Below, one piece after another: positions 63,120-64,000 of a stretch of DNA of 64,000 bases; position 1 is the first letter of the stretch, and the number at the start of each line of letters is the position of its first letter. The stretch lies in NCBI GenBank assembly GCA_029717555.1, contig JAMDHS010000021.1:186001-250000 (forward strand), in the 5' to 3' direction. The stretch is from Peribolospora baueri (lineage: Eukaryota). Position numbers and translations under genes: made by a program. The notes beneath the pieces are model-generated. The model had not been told where the DNA came from. It did no database searches and saw only the letters and a list, made by a program, of their open reading frames with translations.

Positions 63120-63203
63120 TTTTTTGCGTTTTTTTGCGCTTTTTTTTGCGCTTTTTTTTGCGCTTTTTTTTGCTCTTTTTTTTTGCTCTTTTTTGGTTTT
63201 TTG
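63120..63203 (+). terminator. Tandem oligo-T Pol III terminator array (T6-9 separated by GCG/GCGC/GCTC)
   Basis: About eight T-runs lie immediately 3' of the plus-strand tRNA-Tyr. Confidence 0.75.
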
Positions 63204-63591
63204 CTCATTGACAGACCACCGAAGAGCTTCCAACAGTGCTGTATAACATGCCCAGAACCCACATGAGTTATCGTTCTGCTGGTGAACAACAACACACGGC
63301 TCTTTCTCATCCGACCTCGTCATTCTTCTTCTCCCCTCCCCTCGCGCACCTCCCCTATCCTTCCCCGTGTGGCCGTCGTCTTCAGCGGTGTGCGAGAACG
63401 GAAACAAAGTCCCGGCCCGGCCCGCTCCCGCTTCTGAATTTGTGGTGCATCTCTGTGTGTGGGGGGGTCGGTCGGTCACCGAGCGCGGCAGACGCGAGGA
63501 TTACAGCCGTGACCGTCACGAGCAAGTGAGGTACAAGAGCGAGCGATCGTCCAGGCGACCACGACAAAAGGTATGCCAGCAGGCCACGTCT

Positions 63592-64000
63592 TCATCCAGC
63601 TTGGACGACCACCTGCCGCCGTCCTCCGGGGACGGCCAGGACCGCGTACCGTCCGCTCACGTTCCAACTCGTCCTCTCCCCGTCGACGAGGATCGCCACC
63701 GAGTTTTGCCCTTCGCTCACTTTGTCCAGCGGGATGCCCACCTTGCCCGTCGTCCCCGCCGGCGTGTCCACGGCCAACGTCATCGCCGTCTCTCCCTTTC
63801 GCTCGGCGTGCCCCGGCTTCGTCCCGGTCAACGTCCAACTGGCACCGAACCACCCGAGAGACGTCGAGAATCCACCCTGCACCTGGGTGAGGTTGGAAGG
63901 GTGTGGGAAGAGAGACCACGTCTGGCCGGAGGGCGACACGGGCTGGAGGCCGAGGACGTAGAAGAGGAGGGCGGACGTCGGCGCGCTCGACCAGCCGTGC
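63592..64000 (-). CDS. GH78 alpha-L-rhamnosidase-like glycoside hydrolase, C-terminal part (5' end outside the window)
   Basis: HGWSSAPTSALLFYVLGLQPVSPSGQTWSLFPHPSNLTQVQGGFSTSLGWFGASW.. matches the GH78 C-terminal signature (HGWS..PT..L..YVLG..P). Confidence 0.82.
   Translation of the reverse strand, partial: HGWSSAPTSALLFYVLGLQPVSPSGQTWSLFPHPSNLTQVQGGFSTSLGWFGASWTLTGTKPGHAERKGETAMTLAVDTPAGTTGKVGIPLDKVSEGQNSVAILVDGERTSWNVSGRYAVLAVPGGRRQVVVQAG

Larger units (their letters stand above)
62397..63124. repeat. Perfect 178-bp inverted repeat (62397-62574 / 62947-63124) with a 372-bp spacer, carrying the two tRNA-Tyr genes
   Basis: Arms compared base by base; identity covers the tRNA, its intron and 77 bp of 5' flank. 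Confidence 0.93.

Noticed and set aside
63003..63479. Lys-rich ORF with AKKSAKKSAKK repeats (histone H1-like look)
   Set aside because: It is the antisense translation of the tRNA gene and its T-tract terminators.

Overview
This is a GC-rich, intron-rich eukaryotic nuclear window. GT(G/A)AG..CTRAC..YAG introns and the gene content point to a basidiomycete fungus (inference). It is densely packed with about 20 mostly housekeeping genes, many in head-to-head pairs: ZIM17, an MSC2-type CDF zinc transporter with a very long His-rich loop, a small Ctr-like transporter, IRC6/p34, an Ark1/Prk1-type kinase, a RecQ helicase, RPA190, a soluble cytochrome b5 ending in SKL, ILV6, a DCAF7/WDR68 WD40 protein, MAP2, HOM6, a Sos7/Kre28-like kinetochore protein, mitoribosomal bL9, seipin, DSK2, RAD51, a secreted protein, DPH4, a tandem-bromodomain protein, a carnosine N-methyltransferase-like protein and the 3' end of a GH78 rhamnosidase. 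Four signals are not explained by these genes. (1) An accessory island at 39.5-41.1 kb has a ~200-bp fold-back hairpin with an 8-nt loop; its arm mismatches fall mostly on third codon positions of an orphan ORF, it lies downstream of a TATA box and an ATG-free leader, and a second stem-loop sits over the ORF start. (2) Two identical intron-containing tRNA-Tyr(GTA) genes lie within a perfect 178-bp inverted repeat. (3) There is an orphan tRNA 3' half. (4) A GCACGTGAC motif recurs in most promoters. Exon boundaries were derived by eye and no database searches were run.
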